A DNA stretch of 64,000 nucleotides from Minutocellus sp. GHC0000111 (taxonomy: Eukaryota), in the NCBI GenBank assembly GCA_977018835.1, contig OZ361257.1:2604001-2668000 (forward strand). Reading direction: 5' to 3'. The notes beneath the pieces are model-generated. The model saw only the letters and a list, made by a program, of their open reading frames with translations. It was not told the origin of the DNA and searched no databases. Made by a program: the position numbers and the translations under genes. Shown here one piece after another: positions 1-11,715 of this stretch (within the stretch, counting starts at the first letter, position 1; each line of letters starts with the position of its first letter).

Positions 1-580
1 CGTTGTTGTCCTCAGCGCCGGCGTTGCGAGCAGCAGCAGCGGCACGGCGCCTCGCCTCCATCCGTTCCACATCCTCGTCGAGCAGGGCCAGGTCCGAGGC
101 GGAATCCTGCGGATTCAACCCCTCGCCGACCTCCTCCTGCAGGACCTCCCGGAGGAGGTCCATCCCGGTGGAGTACACGGACGTGGTCATCCGGTTTCGT
201 CTCTGGGCGATGAAGTCTCTCTTTCGTTGGGTAAGGGGTTCTCTGGTTGATCGGGTGGCGGGTGGTGCCAGCCGACCGATTCGGTCCGGCACATTAGAAA
301 TGTGGAGGAGGGTGGGGGGTGGTCCCGATGCTTCGTCGTTCGAGCTGGTTGATGATTCGGAGGGCATTACTTTGCTGGCGGCTGCCTCGTCTGCCGCCGA
401 GCAGCATGATTGTGCGGCGGCGGATTTGGGTGTAGCACTGCTGGGATGGTGGTGGCCTACCTGTGCGATGTGATCTTCGGCACCGGTGATCGATGGAGCA
501 GCAGCTGGGGCCTTGTCGACGATGCTGAGGTTATCCATGCTGCTGGTGGGAAGGTTGGCGTCGTCCTTTTGACTGTTCAT
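1..580 (-). CDS. 5' part of a hypothetical protein, running off the window start
   Basis: ATG at 580-578 (MNSQKDDANLPTSS...). I read the frame as open without a stop to position 1. It is absent from the ORF track, presumably because there is no stop in the window. AT-richer upstream flank. Confidence 0.65.
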   Translation of the reverse strand, partial: MNSQKDDANLPTSSMDNLSIVDKAPAAAPSITGAEDHIAQVGHHHPSSATPKSAAAQSCCSAADEAAASKVMPSESSTSSNDEASGPPPTLLHISNVPDRIGRLAPPATRSTREPLTQRKRDFIAQRRNRMTTSVYSTGMDLLREVLQEEVGEGLNPQDSASDLALLDEDVERMEARRRAAAAARNAGAEDNN

Positions 581-1480
581 GATTATTGATGTATATGTTG
601 TGTGATACGATTGCGATTGTGAGGCCAATAGAGGTTGAGAGTTGAGTTCTATCCTGTGCAGGATTTGCTGAAAATGTGCGCTTTAGCCTGTTGCGTTGAC
701 GCCGCCTGTCGCTTGTGGCGTTTTTGTGTGTGAGTTCGTGAAACTTGATCGTAGTCGTAATGCCTGTTGACGTGGTCTCGTTGTGTGGCTTCCTTTTTTT
801 GGCTGAAGGACAAAACGAAGATCTTCGAAGTGATGACGCATCTTACCATCACGGTAGGTTGGTCTGCATGGTTGGCTGTATCTACTCCCGTTCTTGAATG
901 CCGTTTTTATGGCGTATGCCGCTTTTCAATGCTGGCACTCCCGCCTGGTACTCCCCATTTCCCGCTTTTCGCTTCGGTATTTATTTTCAAGCCACGTCAG
1001 TGCCAAAACGCCGTTGGGTCTGCATGCTTTCAGAAATTCTGGCCTACCGGTGAGCAAATCCCACTCAAAACCACCTGATGAGCAATGCACAGCAGAAAGT
1101 CACTATGTGTGGGTTTGAGAGATCGCACAATTCCTGTGGCCTACTTTGCCACTTGTATAAAATGGAAGGTGAGACTTTCGAAATAGGCCGGGAGTATTCA
1201 AGAAGCCGTTGTGTCATACTTTCCGTGTTCGATACTTGAGGAAGGGGCAGTAGTTGTTTTTGAGGCCATTGTAGAGTGCAGGCCTGCTTCAAGCAAACAC
1301 CGGACTTTATTTAATAAGCAAGGCCACGCGAGAGGCCACGAAAGAGAGTGCACAACAAACCAGCACGCCTTTGTGTTTGGTGCCGGGAAGCAAGGATGGT
1401 ACATACATGCATGCTCATCGCACATTCACGGGAGGGAGCATCACATTATTATTTATTTTACCAGCACAACAAAAAGAAGC

Positions 1481-2097
1481 ATGTCGCTACTAGAATTCAC
1501 CACCACCATGGACAGCAGCAACTGCGAGGAACTACCGGCGAAGAAGTATCGCTACAGCTCCGAGCGGCATCCCTTTCGCATCTTTGAGGATTTCGACTTG
1601 GATGATCTCGACGACGACGATGATGCCGACGACAGCCTGCTCGTTGGTCACCACTTCGCCGAGGTTTCGAGAATCAGCACCTTTACCGCCACTGTGTCTG
1701 CCGAGCGCCGGCATCCTGCGCGCAAGGCCCGGATGGACGAGCACCATCACCAGCAGCAGCAACATCAGGTAACTGCCCCCGAAGAGTGTCCGTAATTTCG
1801 ATGGACGACGAGGACGACATCGCCGACGACGATATCCAACAACACAACACTGCTGCCAAGACCACCAGCAACACCAGCAACACCAACAATACCACAACCT
1901 CTAGCTCTACCGCCATACCGCGCAACGTCTCCCTCCAGCTGTTCGAGCTGACCAAGAGCGACGCCGCGACGGTAACCACTGCCGCCACCGGTACCGCCAA
2001 GAACGACGCCAGCCTCCCCTCGTTGGCGCACTCCAGCGCCTCGAGCGCCACCCACCTGTACGAGATGGCGGAGGGCATGATGATCCTCGAGGAATGA
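1481..2097 (+). CDS. Small acidic/low-complexity hypothetical protein, split by a probable 1-nt deletion at ~1776-1780
   Basis: ORF MSLLEFTTT...VTAP (1481) joins ORF VSVISMDDEDD...MILEE* if one C is added to the C run, giving TAPRRVSVISM. An AT-rich 3' UTR follows. Confidence 0.55.
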
Positions 2098-2265
2098 ACA
2101 GGACCAAATAAAGAGAGATACAAATCACCTGTATAGACAGAGAGGGAGGAGAGAGACGCAGCACGAACTACACTGCGTCGTTTTAGACTCGAAATAAGAG
2201 AAAATAGAAAAGAACCCATTTTATATATATATAATTGTACATACATTAAAGCAAACTATCGCGTT

Positions 2266-2284
2266 ACACACACACACACACACA
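2266..2284. repeat. (AC)n microsatellite
   Basis: Directly visible acacacac... run in the intergenic region. Confidence 0.9.
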
Positions 2285-2549
2285 TTTCCAATCCAAATAT
2301 AAAACTACACATGTCTAGCTAGAGCTAGAGTTGAAATCGTCTGCAGTGCTACGTGGCTAGTGTAGGGAGAGGCGGACGGCGAGATTGGATAGAGAGGATT
2401 TTATACATTAAAAATGCCAGATCACGCCCATGTGGGCGCTGTCGAGCGTATAGAATAGGCGGAGCTTGCGCCTCATTGACCTGCACAAAGTAACTAATCA
2501 TTTCATCTACTCCGTAGCCAGCAGAGCTGCCCGGCTCCTCGCAGAAGCT

Positions 2550-5034
2550 TTACAGATTGGGCTGAACAAAGTAGACGTAACACAAATAAAGCATGACGGA
2601 AATGATTGGGATGAGGAGGAACAGGGCGTGTACCGGCTTGGCCTTTTGAGGGCACAGGATCCGCTGGCACCAGGAGCAGCACCCGCTGGGCATTAGCTTG
2701 GCCAATGTGCGACTTGTCCGGCCGTTACTAGAACTTGAAGGGCTATAGTCCATGAATGGATCTTTCTTCCGTCCTCCGCCACTGTCCTTGGTGGGCCGGC
2801 CGGAGATCTTGGGAGAGAACACCTCCACCTCGCCCATGCTTCCCACCTCGATGTCGATGCTCGAGGTGGCGTCGTACTCCATCGCTCTGCTCTTGAGAGT
2901 AGTGTGGAAAGGATTGCCTCCCAGATTGAAATCCCGGGCCATCTCCGGTTCAAATCGATCGAGATTGGAAAGCTCCACGCCACCACTGTCCCCGAATGCC
3001 GACTTGTCTTCCTCCTTTGTATTAGTACCTCCACTTAGCGTCGACAATGCATCGACACCGGTGTCCCACAAGCTAGACACGTCACGGGTACCTGCACCAG
3101 CCACCGGTGTGGCCGAGGATGCCACCGATCGAAGAGATGGTGCAGCGGAAGCATCGGAATCCTTCCGGCCATAGTAGCCTGGAAGATAGTCCGGTAGAGG
3201 GAGGGCTTCTACCACCTTATGGTCTGCCTCGGTCGAGGGGTGCCGGGGTGGAAGGGCCAAGGACACGGCAGAAAACATTTTCTCGGACAAATTCGCTATC
3301 GCATCATCAATACTCCTTCTGGACGAAAAAGAGTTATCAGTATCGCCTTCTTCCGTTACACTTGGAGACGTAGGACTCGTTTTGCTCTGTCGAGCCGATT
3401 GACCCCATTTCTGACTTGGGCTCTTCCTCACGGACCGTCCCCACATTTTCTTCTTGGCACTAGACGAGCTGCTGCTGGAAGGAGATGACGACGACTGATC
3501 AGGCTCAGTGTTGGCATTCTGTGGCACTGACGGTGGCTCGACGTGCACGGAAGAGGATACCTCCGAAGCCACCTGACCATCTCCGTCTCCGTCCGACGAA
3601 ATGGAGTAATTGAGGGGGCAATCTGATCCAGAAAGGTTGGAAACCTTCTCCTCTATCTCACCCTTTCCACCGGAACCATCTGTATCTTCTGCAATGACAT
3701 CATCACCACCAACTTCGTTGGACACACTTTCGTTGGTACTGTTTGCCAATGCCAAAGAGGACGAATGCCGTCTCTGTTGTTCCAAACGCATGGATTCAGC
3801 CTCGACAGCGGCGATTCGCTCGATCCGTTCCGTACTGCCAGCGGCTGAGACAGCCGCAGCTGCTGCCTCGGCCTCGGCCGTTCGTCTTCTCTGCTCCTCG
3901 GCGGCAATCCGTTCTGCCTCCACCTTGGCCTCGGCGGCGGCCATGGCCAAGTGCATGGCTTCCTCTGCCCGCTGTCGTCGCACCTTCTCTTTCTCTTCCG
4001 CTGCGGTGCGTTCCTCCTCTGCGATTCGCTCCGCATCTGCCAGCGCTCTTGCCTCCACCTCTGCCTCTTCCGGCGCCACCCACCCCTGCCGATGTGCTTC
4101 TGCCTCACTTCCCCCCGCTGGGGACGACGTCGCCGATGCTACTACCGGCACCGTGTCGGGGGTGGCGGGCGTGTCAGCTGATGCCTTTTTCACACCGTCA
4201 TGGGCAAGTGACACAGCCGACGCGGATGCAGGCCTGGTCTTCTCCGGAGTTACCAGCGCATCATGGACATTTGTATCGGCGTCTACGATGGCATTGGCGC
4301 ATGTAGCGCTGACATGCTTGGCATTGGCATTGGCATTGGCATGGACGTCGGTGGCATCGCTCTCGTTCAACTGTGCGGTGGTGTTCGTCGCCTCGGTGGC
4401 AAAGGTCAGGACCGACGCGTCGTCGGCGTTGTCTGCCCCCATAGCTGTCAATTCTGCCATCATCTCGTCTTGGTCGTCATTCTCATATTTGCCATCTTGA
4501 CTACTGCCAGCTTCGAGCACTGCATTTTCGTATCCATTGCCACGGCCATTGTCATTGATGGTAGCATTGGTACCGGTAGCAACAACATCGTCGTCGTTGT
4601 TGTTGCCGTTGTTGGCCTTCCAAACGGCCTTCTGCAATATGTCGGCGGCGGCATGATGGCCCGATCGTCGGAGGGCGGCGATCCGCCGCTCGTGGATGCG
4701 GCTGCGGGCCGATGCCGACGCCGACACAGCAGGGGAAACTGCAGCACCGACAGTACTAGTACCGGCCCTGGTTGGGGCGCCGGTCGAGGCGGTGGTGTGC
4801 GAAAGAAGGGACGACGACGCGGCGGTCGAGCAGGGCGATATTGATGTGTCTGCGGCGGTTGCCTTGGGCGGCGGCGGTGGGGTCACCGCTGCTGCTGCCA
4901 CCACCGCCCCCGAGGCCAGGTCGCCATCCTCCCGAATCTGATCGAGCCGTCGACCCCCCGCCATCGTCTGGTGTCGCTGCTGCTTTTCCTGAAAATGCAT
5001 GGACGGCGCCGCCCTCTGCCGCCCGACATGTGCC

Positions 5035-5067
<33 letters not shown>

Positions 5068-5141
5068 GACGTTACCGACGTTTGCGCGTGAGCGTGCGCG
5101 TGCGACGCCCACCGCTGCCGTCCGTTCCAGTGCGACGACAT
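2550..5141 (-). CDS. Disordered, coiled-coil, tail-anchored membrane protein (C-terminal Cys cluster plus TM helix)
   Basis: Long ORF; likely start MSSHWNG at 5141. EA/ER-rich coiled coil. C-terminus GCCSWC...ALFLLIPIISVMLYLCYVYFVQPNL*. Confidence 0.75.
5035..5064. repeat. (GAT)10 coding microsatellite (poly-Ser on the minus strand)
   Basis: Ten tandem GAT units inside the 2550-5141 CDS. Confidence 0.9.
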
Positions 5142-6047
5142 GATGTGGCTTGGTTTGGTATTTGTCGATGTATATAGTAATGTGGCTTTGATGTAGAAAT
5201 ATGCCGCCAAGAAAGCTCCTCCGTGATCGTTATCGAGTAGGATGGACGGGCGGCAATTGCAGGTAGACCAAGCAAGCAAGAAATCGAAGCAAGGACAAGG
5301 AAAGGCGGTAGTAGAGTGGCTCTGTTATCAGAACACCCAACCGACCGACACTTGCACTTGCTCTTGCCCTCGCAGTTGCTCTCGCCCACGCTGGTCTCTC
5401 GTCAGATCGGCTCGTCGGCGTCGGCGGCAAGCAATCCAATTGCAACCTCAGCTAACTTTCTTGGCGCCAATAACGGAGCGGAGGGACAAATTTAGTTGGT
5501 CGACGATATTGACGCTGGTTGCGCCGAGGCGAAAATACAACGGAGGGTGGTGCGTCCCTTACGACAAGGTTCAGGGGTCGGTTCAAATTGAGGGCGGGAG
5601 GCGCTACTGGTATTTATCGATGGGGGCGCCATGAGCGGCGACGCAAGCCGGCAAATATAAAGGCGCCAAATGAAAAATTCTCCCGCCAACAAGTGCTGGC
5701 TGCCCAAGCCGAGAATTTGAATCATCGAACCATCAGATTTTGAGGGCGCGCCAGCCGGCAAAAAGCTTGGGACGGGAGGGGCAGGCTCGTGCGATCTTTT
5801 TTAAGACGTAAACCTGTATCGTATGACGCAAGATCGAAAGTAAAAAAAACAGCCGGACGAAAAATGACACATGATGTGTTGCCCTCCGTCACTCCAAGAT
5901 ACCGGCCGGCCAAGCCAAGCCAAGAGCCAGAACACAGACCCGATAGAGAGTATACTGCAACACCATGCATCTTCGGGATTGTAGATAGCGAAAGGAATCA
6001 ATTTTGCAACATCCTACTTTCATAATTTGCCCATATCCTGTTCGATC

Positions 6048-9000
6048 ATGGCCGGACATCGGCAGGGCCAGACGCCGCCCACCCCCAATGAAGCAAACGA
6101 CGGCACCGGGAAGCAGCAGCGGCAGCGGCAGAGGGGACCGACGCCGGCATCGCTGGACCGACCGCCGCGCCCCCCGGCTTCGGGCGCATCGGGGACGCCT
6201 TTGGCCTCTCCCTCCGCAACCGGCACGCCCGGGAGCACTGGTGCTACCAATAATAGGAATCGTGCCGAGGCTGTCCCATTGTCCACCCACCAGCACCAGC
6301 GCAGCCCGTCGAACCACTCGTTTGCGTCTGCTGCCTCGTCGTCCCGCTCTTCGGCCTCGGCAACTGCAAATACAAATGCCAACGATGGGCCGATCGCCGA
6401 TCCCGCCCGGGTGTACTCGACCACCCGGCGCATCCGGATGCTGCTCCGCCGAGGCGTGTCCAGCGCCCGCAGTCTGGGCAGCGGCGGCGATGGTGGTGAT
6501 GGTATGGGCAGTGCTGCAAGTAGTGTTGGCGATGGTGCTAGCAGTGGCCGTCGTTTTGAGGTTGACGACGGCGGTGCGAGCCACTCGTCGTCCAGCGGTG
6601 GCAGGCGGCGGCGGGGCAGGCGCAGACCATCGGCAGCAGCGTCGGACGGCAGTCCGCGGAGGTGCGGCTATGCTCACAGCAGAAGCGGCAGCAGCCGAGA
6701 CGACCACAACAGCGACGGGGAGACCGGCGGCGGCGGCGGCGGCAACACCATCGGCGCCACCGGCAGCCCGTACCTGCACGGGATGAGGGACCTTCCCTCG
6801 GCGCGCTTGGGGCTGCGCTGGTCCCGATCGTCATTGGACGGCGATGACAACAACAACAACAACAACAGCAATGGCGATGACAACGACAATGTGCACCGCT
6901 GCTACGATCCGCACCACCACGATCCGCATCGGGTCAACGCGCTGAACCGCGCCCAAACCGCCCTGGTCGAGGAGGGGTTCTTTCCCAGTGCCCCGCCCTG
7001 CCGGACCGTCGACGAGGCGCTGTGGGCGCTGTACGAGCTGCTGTCGGTGGGCGGAAGGAGTCCGTACGATGGTGACGAGGCGGTGGGTGGCGGCGGCGGT
7101 GGTGATGTGCCGGGTGCTTTGGGACATTTGGGTGCAATTGGGGCAGCCGGCGGGGAGGAATATGACTGGCTCCTCGATGGGGACTCCTGTTTGGACGGTG
7201 TTGCTTTGGGAGGAGCATATGGCACCACCAATGGCAATGGCGACGTGGCTGGATCTGAGGTATGTGCGTGTATGGGCGAGGTACCAACCGCAGAGGAGGA
7301 CGGCGGGGCTGGCACCTCCGCCGCTGCTACTACTCCTGTGCCGTTGGAGGAGTGCATCGCCGAAGAGCTGCAGTTGGAACTGGAAAGATGGTACGAGACG
7401 CAAGATGAGAGCGACCGCAGTGGATATAGGAGCAGTCCGAGCGATGGTATCGGTGATGGCATCGCTGGCAACGAAATGGATGACGACGAAGACGCCGATG
7501 CAGTGCGAACAAAGCCCACCGAGGCAGCAGCTTGTAACCCTACCGCTGATGGCGGAGATGTGCCAATCGCTGACGGCGGAGCTGGCGTTGCATGCACAGA
7601 AAGTGCTGTTGAATCAGAATCAGAATTATCATCCTCTTCCTCGTCAGAAGAATCCTCTGAAGATGGGTCACTGGAATCGCTATCGGATGAAGACTCGGCG
7701 GCCCCGCCCCTGTTGCTGGACCTCACTGTTGGTCGATATGCCGATTTCCTCCGATCCTTGCCTCTCGCCGAGCCGACCTCAGAGGAAGCACGGTTTACGA
7801 GGCGGACGCAAATTCGCCTTCTGCGGGAAGTGAGACGTAGAGGTGGAGGTATAGCTGCAGGCATTGTTGGAGAGTACGGCAGCGATGAGGAACTTTACAG
7901 TCTTGCCGAAAATTGCGATGAATCGTCTGATAATAGCTCATTGCGTACGGAAGAGGAGGGGGAGGAGGAGGAGGTCGGCGACGCCAGAAAGAACGCCGAG
8001 GGGGGAACTGAATGGATCAATTCTGGCGGCCTATCAGAAGAAGATAGTTGGTGGTGCCGAACAGCAGCAGAACTCGAAGAAACTCTATCAGATGAGTATT
8101 TTTCCAACGAGACCGACCCGGTCCTTTCCGCCCTCCTGGCCGTGCCGTGGGATGAACGTCCACCGACCGACCCGGCGTATGTTCATGGTAACCGCGCATC
8201 ATTTGACAAGATGGAGCCATATGACGAATACTTCTCTCGGCAGCTGTCGGAACTGGACCAAGTACAACGGAGGGTTGCAAAGCGACTCGTTGCTAGGGTC
8301 CGCCAGAAAAGAGGGGCTCTAGATAGGGGTATGAGAAGAATACAAGATCTTGACTTGGACATTGCTCGCGCCGCATTGGAGGTCGAAGCCGGGTCAAATT
8401 GCTTGAGGAGGGCCTGTGGAGCAGCAGACCAAGCGGATGGCTTACATGGGGCAGGTGGATTGCTGGGAGGACTGCAAATTATCAAAGAGGCCGATGCTCG
8501 AGATCGACTGTGCTCGCTACGCTCAGTAGTCGAGGAAGTTGACGGTCTTTTTCGTACAGAAGCCACGATAATGGGTCTCCCTTTTTCCGTCAATGAGTAT
8601 CTCGATCGAATTGGGCAAGCCAATGGGCTGAAAGAGTCTGTTTATGGCCTTGGAGGCGGGCAACTCGCACGGCTTCACTGTCTTGCCGAACTCCGGAATC
8701 GTGTTGACGACGTAGGAGATCATTTGGCTGCGCAGATGGCTGTATCGTTGTCATTGATCGTTGCTTCGCGCTGTGATCAAAAGCGGCTCCGTCTTGGCAG
8801 AGAGCAAATGGATTGCAGCTCTAGCTGTGATCACGCTGGATTTATTTCCCAATATGCAACTCTTCTCCGGGCTCGACTAGTCCTCGCTCAGCAAGAAGGC
8901 CACATAGGCAATGAGAAATCGGCAATGACGGACTGGGCAGATTGCCTTGCTGACGCCCTATCCTTTGAGATTGATAAATGCCTGGCATGTGCACTCCTTG

Positions 9001-11534
9001 ACCCAACCCCGACGGCACAAGACTCAACGAAAGAGGAATGTCATTCAGATTTTGTGCGAGACCTTGCTCATTTGCGACACCAACTGTCCGAAATCAAGGG
9101 CGTCAACCCAAACGACAAGTCGAAGTTGCGCATTATTGTACACAACCTTTTCACCATCCGTTTCGATTTCGAAAGTCATTCAAACCATCTTCCCTGGATC
9201 TACCACAAGTTCTGCTCTCTCGTTGCGAATATAATGCAAGTCTACCTCGAAATAGACCAGTGGCATAGCACTCCCGACGAAGATCAAAGCACCGGTGAGA
9301 GCAGCATTCAATGTTCCGATTCCAAAGCATTGTCTCTCGCAGATGTTCAGCGACGTGTGGAAAACGAAGCCAGCGACGAAGACGAGACGGACTGGAGTAC
9401 TCGATTATCTCAACTCTTCAGTGAATTGCAATCGTCCAAGTCAGCCTTATGGCGGCATTGTCAATCGACTTTCGTCAAGATGTTAGATCTATTCATTGTT
9501 CAGTCCACAAAGAACAAGAGCATAGTGGGCGGAGGCGATGACGAGGCGGGCGGAGATGGAAGGTGGGCAGTTCAGCTGGAGGGGCTTCATGATGTATGGC
9601 AACTTACAAAACAAATCAATGCCCTTGGTACACACTTCGCAGACGACACAGGGAGCGATACTCTCCATACCGAATGGAAAGATAAGCTGTCACAAATATT
9701 CCGCTCTCATCTTCGCGGAGTTCACGTGGAGTCGATGAACACAATGGGCGCAATGCTGGCGCACGAGACTTGGATGCTGTTACCAATTCCGATCGACTCG
9801 ACCACTAGTAATACCTACCAATCTTGCCCAAAGAATCTCAAGATTGACCACAAGCCAGGGTACGAGGCAAAAGATGCGCTCAAGAACACACTCGAGAGTC
9901 TCTGTCCCCTTCATTTTGTTGATTCGCGTGTCCTTGCTTCTACGGGCCGGCGTTCCTGGGATAATTTGCTTCTTGGTGGTCGAGAAAGCCTCTCACTCTT
10001 CAACCACGAGTCAGCCAATCCTTTCCTCGAAAGACGAAATACGGAGGGCTTATTGTCAAATAAAAGTACACAGCTGCTTTCTACTGATTCCTCCGCCTCT
10101 GCTGTACCACAGCAGTACAAGAATCATTCCAAGGAGGCCCAGACTGACCTCGTCGATTCACTTTATCAAGCCATTTCCCCCTTTATCATTCAAGACCCTA
10201 CTGGTCAGCATGTTCTTACTGCAGCAACACAGGGCAGTATGAATGGATTGGGCAAGTGGATGGCAAGGCTACTAAAGGTTATGGACAAGCTCCCATTGAT
10301 CGCAGCAGATGTTACAAAAGCCATATCCAATCTCGTCGATATGTATCTCCTGACCGTTTTCCGTCTGTGTTGTCGAAACGGTTCAAACGAAGACGCAGCG
10401 CTTGGTATCTTACGCGATGTTTCCGAAGACAATGATGATGGTGATTCACCGCCGAAAACAGGTGGCCACTCGCGCCAGAGCTCAAGTGGTAGTCTTGGCA
10501 GTCCGATACCGCTAGCACGATCCCACCCAGTCAATCCGATTTCCGAAACAATTGAGGCTGAAATATGTGCGCCACAGCCTGGGGACAAGAATCATCTCAC
10601 TACTCTTCGTGAATTCGTTCTTCGGGGACAAGAAAGTCTCTCGGGTATGGTCAATCTCCGGATGGTGGAAACGTGGGATGCGATCTCAAGCGCGATCAAA
10701 GGACCCACCGACCCCAAGAGAGAAGTAAAGGATGCGGCGTGCATTCTCGAACGACAAATTTCTGCCGCAATCAGTTGCCTTTACGTCGCTGCTCTCCTTG
10801 ATGTCGCCCTTGACAGGCTAAAACATCTTTGCGAGGAAGGGGTTCGTGCCAGCAGTCATGGAAGTATCTCGTCCTTCGTAAGTTATGCAATGTCAGTAAT
10901 TGAAGTCGCTCCGTCTCTCACGACCCTATCGACAAAAATGGCATGCATGCGGGCCATCAAGGGAAAGAGAATTGTCCTCGAGGTAACGATGGTTGGCAGT
11001 GCTTGGAAAGATCATCGATTTTCGGAGCATTCAAATGACTATGTCGATGCTATGTGCTTAAGATGTGCTCGCATTTGGGAAGCATTATCCTCTTCTCCGC
11101 GAAAGCTACCGACCCACTCACTCTTTGAGGTATGGAAACAAATTGTTAGCTGTTCCTTCCTTTCCCTCCTCGAGGGCTTTTCCAAGGTTGTGATATGTTC
11201 CATGGAGGGCCGAGCATTGATGAGTATGGACCTGGCTACTTACTTCGCTGGATGTAACCCAGATGCACTGGAAAACAGGATCCAGGGTATCTTCCGCGTC
11301 TCGTCGGAGCCACCTCCATCCATATCCGCTATAGAAGATATGCAATATGTTGACGCATACGTGAAGGCTTTCTACTTCCCCGAGGAAGACTTGATTTCTT
11401 GGATCGAAAGTAACATGGAAAAATATCATCTAAGACACATGATCGGGCTCTTGTCATGTGCAGCAGCTGAGTGTGGATGGAAAGAACGGAAGATTCAAAG
11501 TTTGATGAAGAAGGTCCAGGCAATGTACAAGTAG
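6048..11534 (+). CDS. VPS50: Syndetin/VPS50-like EARP complex subunit with a long disordered N-terminal extension
   Basis: C-terminal LLEGFSKVVICSMEGRALMSMDL...YVDAYVKAFYFPEEDLISWI resembles the syndetin C-terminal signature (xxEGYxxVKKCSxEGRALMQLD...YIKAYY). Central helical/coiled region (YFSRQLSELDQVQRRV). First ATG at 6048. Confidence 0.85.
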   Translation: MAGHRQGQTPPTPNEANDGTGKQQRQRQRGPTPASLDRPPRPPASGASGTPLASPSATGTPGSTGATNNRNRAEAVPLSTHQHQRSPSNHSFASAASSSRSSASATANTNANDGPIADPARVYSTTRRIRMLLRRGVSSARSLGSGGDGGDGMGSAASSVGDGASSGRRFEVDDGGASHSSSSGGRRRRGRRRPSAAASDGSPRRCGYAHSRSGSSRDDHNSDGETGGGGGGNTIGATGSPYLHGMRDLPSARLGLRWSRSSLDGDDNNNNNNSNGDDNDNVHRCYDPHHHDPHRVNALNRAQTALVEEGFFPSAPPCRTVDEALWALYELLSVGGRSPYDGDEAVGGGGGGDVPGALGHLGAIGAAGGEEYDWLLDGDSCLDGVALGGAYGTTNGNGDVAGSEVCACMGEVPTAEEDGGAGTSAAATTPVPLEECIAEELQLELERWYETQDESDRSGYRSSPSDGIGDGIAGNEMDDDEDADAVRTKPTEAAACNPTADGGDVPIADGGAGVACTESAVESESELSSSSSSEESSEDGSLESLSDEDSAAPPLLLDLTVGRYADFLRSLPLAEPTSEEARFTRRTQIRLLREVRRRGGGIAAGIVGEYGSDEELYSLAENCDESSDNSSLRTEEEGEEEEVGDARKNAEGGTEWINSGGLSEEDSWWCRTAAELEETLSDEYFSNETDPVLSALLAVPWDERPPTDPAYVHGNRASFDKMEPYDEYFSRQLSELDQVQRRVAKRLVARVRQKRGALDRGMRRIQDLDLDIARAALEVEAGSNCLRRACGAADQADGLHGAGGLLGGLQIIKEADARDRLCSLRSVVEEVDGLFRTEATIMGLPFSVNEYLDRIGQANGLKESVYGLGGGQLARLHCLAELRNRVDDVGDHLAAQMAVSLSLIVASRCDQKRLRLGREQMDCSSSCDHAGFISQYATLLRARLVLAQQEGHIGNEKSAMTDWADCLADALSFEIDKCLACALLDPTPTAQDSTKEECHSDFVRDLAHLRHQLSEIKGVNPNDKSKLRIIVHNLFTIRFDFESHSNHLPWIYHKFCSLVANIMQVYLEIDQWHSTPDEDQSTGESSIQCSDSKALSLADVQRRVENEASDEDETDWSTRLSQLFSELQSSKSALWRHCQSTFVKMLDLFIVQSTKNKSIVGGGDDEAGGDGRWAVQLEGLHDVWQLTKQINALGTHFADDTGSDTLHTEWKDKLSQIFRSHLRGVHVESMNTMGAMLAHETWMLLPIPIDSTTSNTYQSCPKNLKIDHKPGYEAKDALKNTLESLCPLHFVDSRVLASTGRRSWDNLLLGGRESLSLFNHESANPFLERRNTEGLLSNKSTQLLSTDSSASAVPQQYKNHSKEAQTDLVDSLYQAISPFIIQDPTGQHVLTAATQGSMNGLGKWMARLLKVMDKLPLIAADVTKAISNLVDMYLLTVFRLCCRNGSNEDAALGILRDVSEDNDDGDSPPKTGGHSRQSSSGSLGSPIPLARSHPVNPISETIEAEICAPQPGDKNHLTTLREFVLRGQESLSGMVNLRMVETWDAISSAIKGPTDPKREVKDAACILERQISAAISCLYVAALLDVALDRLKHLCEEGVRASSHGSISSFVSYAMSVIEVAPSLTTLSTKMACMRAIKGKRIVLEVTMVGSAWKDHRFSEHSNDYVDAMCLRCARIWEALSSSPRKLPTHSLFEVWKQIVSCSFLSLLEGFSKVVICSMEGRALMSMDLATYFAGCNPDALENRIQGIFRVSSEPPPSISAIEDMQYVDAYVKAFYFPEEDLISWIESNMEKYHLRHMIGLLSCAAAECGWKERKIQSLMKKVQAMYK

Positions 11535-11715
11535 GAACTTTCATTGTCAAACTATCGAGTAGGTTTACGCATGGTAATCTAGAGACAAGCTATTGATTAG
11601 GTCTATGTCGTCGTACAATTGTAGCATTATTTTTATCTACGAGCAAGGCGACGACGGGCCAACACTAGTCTACATATATGCGCCGGAGATGGTGTCTTGC
11701 GGGCCAACAAAACCA

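Noticed and set aside
3..473. Plus-strand 156-aa ORF
   Set aside because: Antisense to a more protein-like minus-strand frame starting at 580.
649..1425. Short ORFs in intergenic DNA (also 15074-15831, 28842-30898, 43086-43987, 48206-49299)
   Set aside because: Non-ATG or weak starts, no motifs and non-coding composition.
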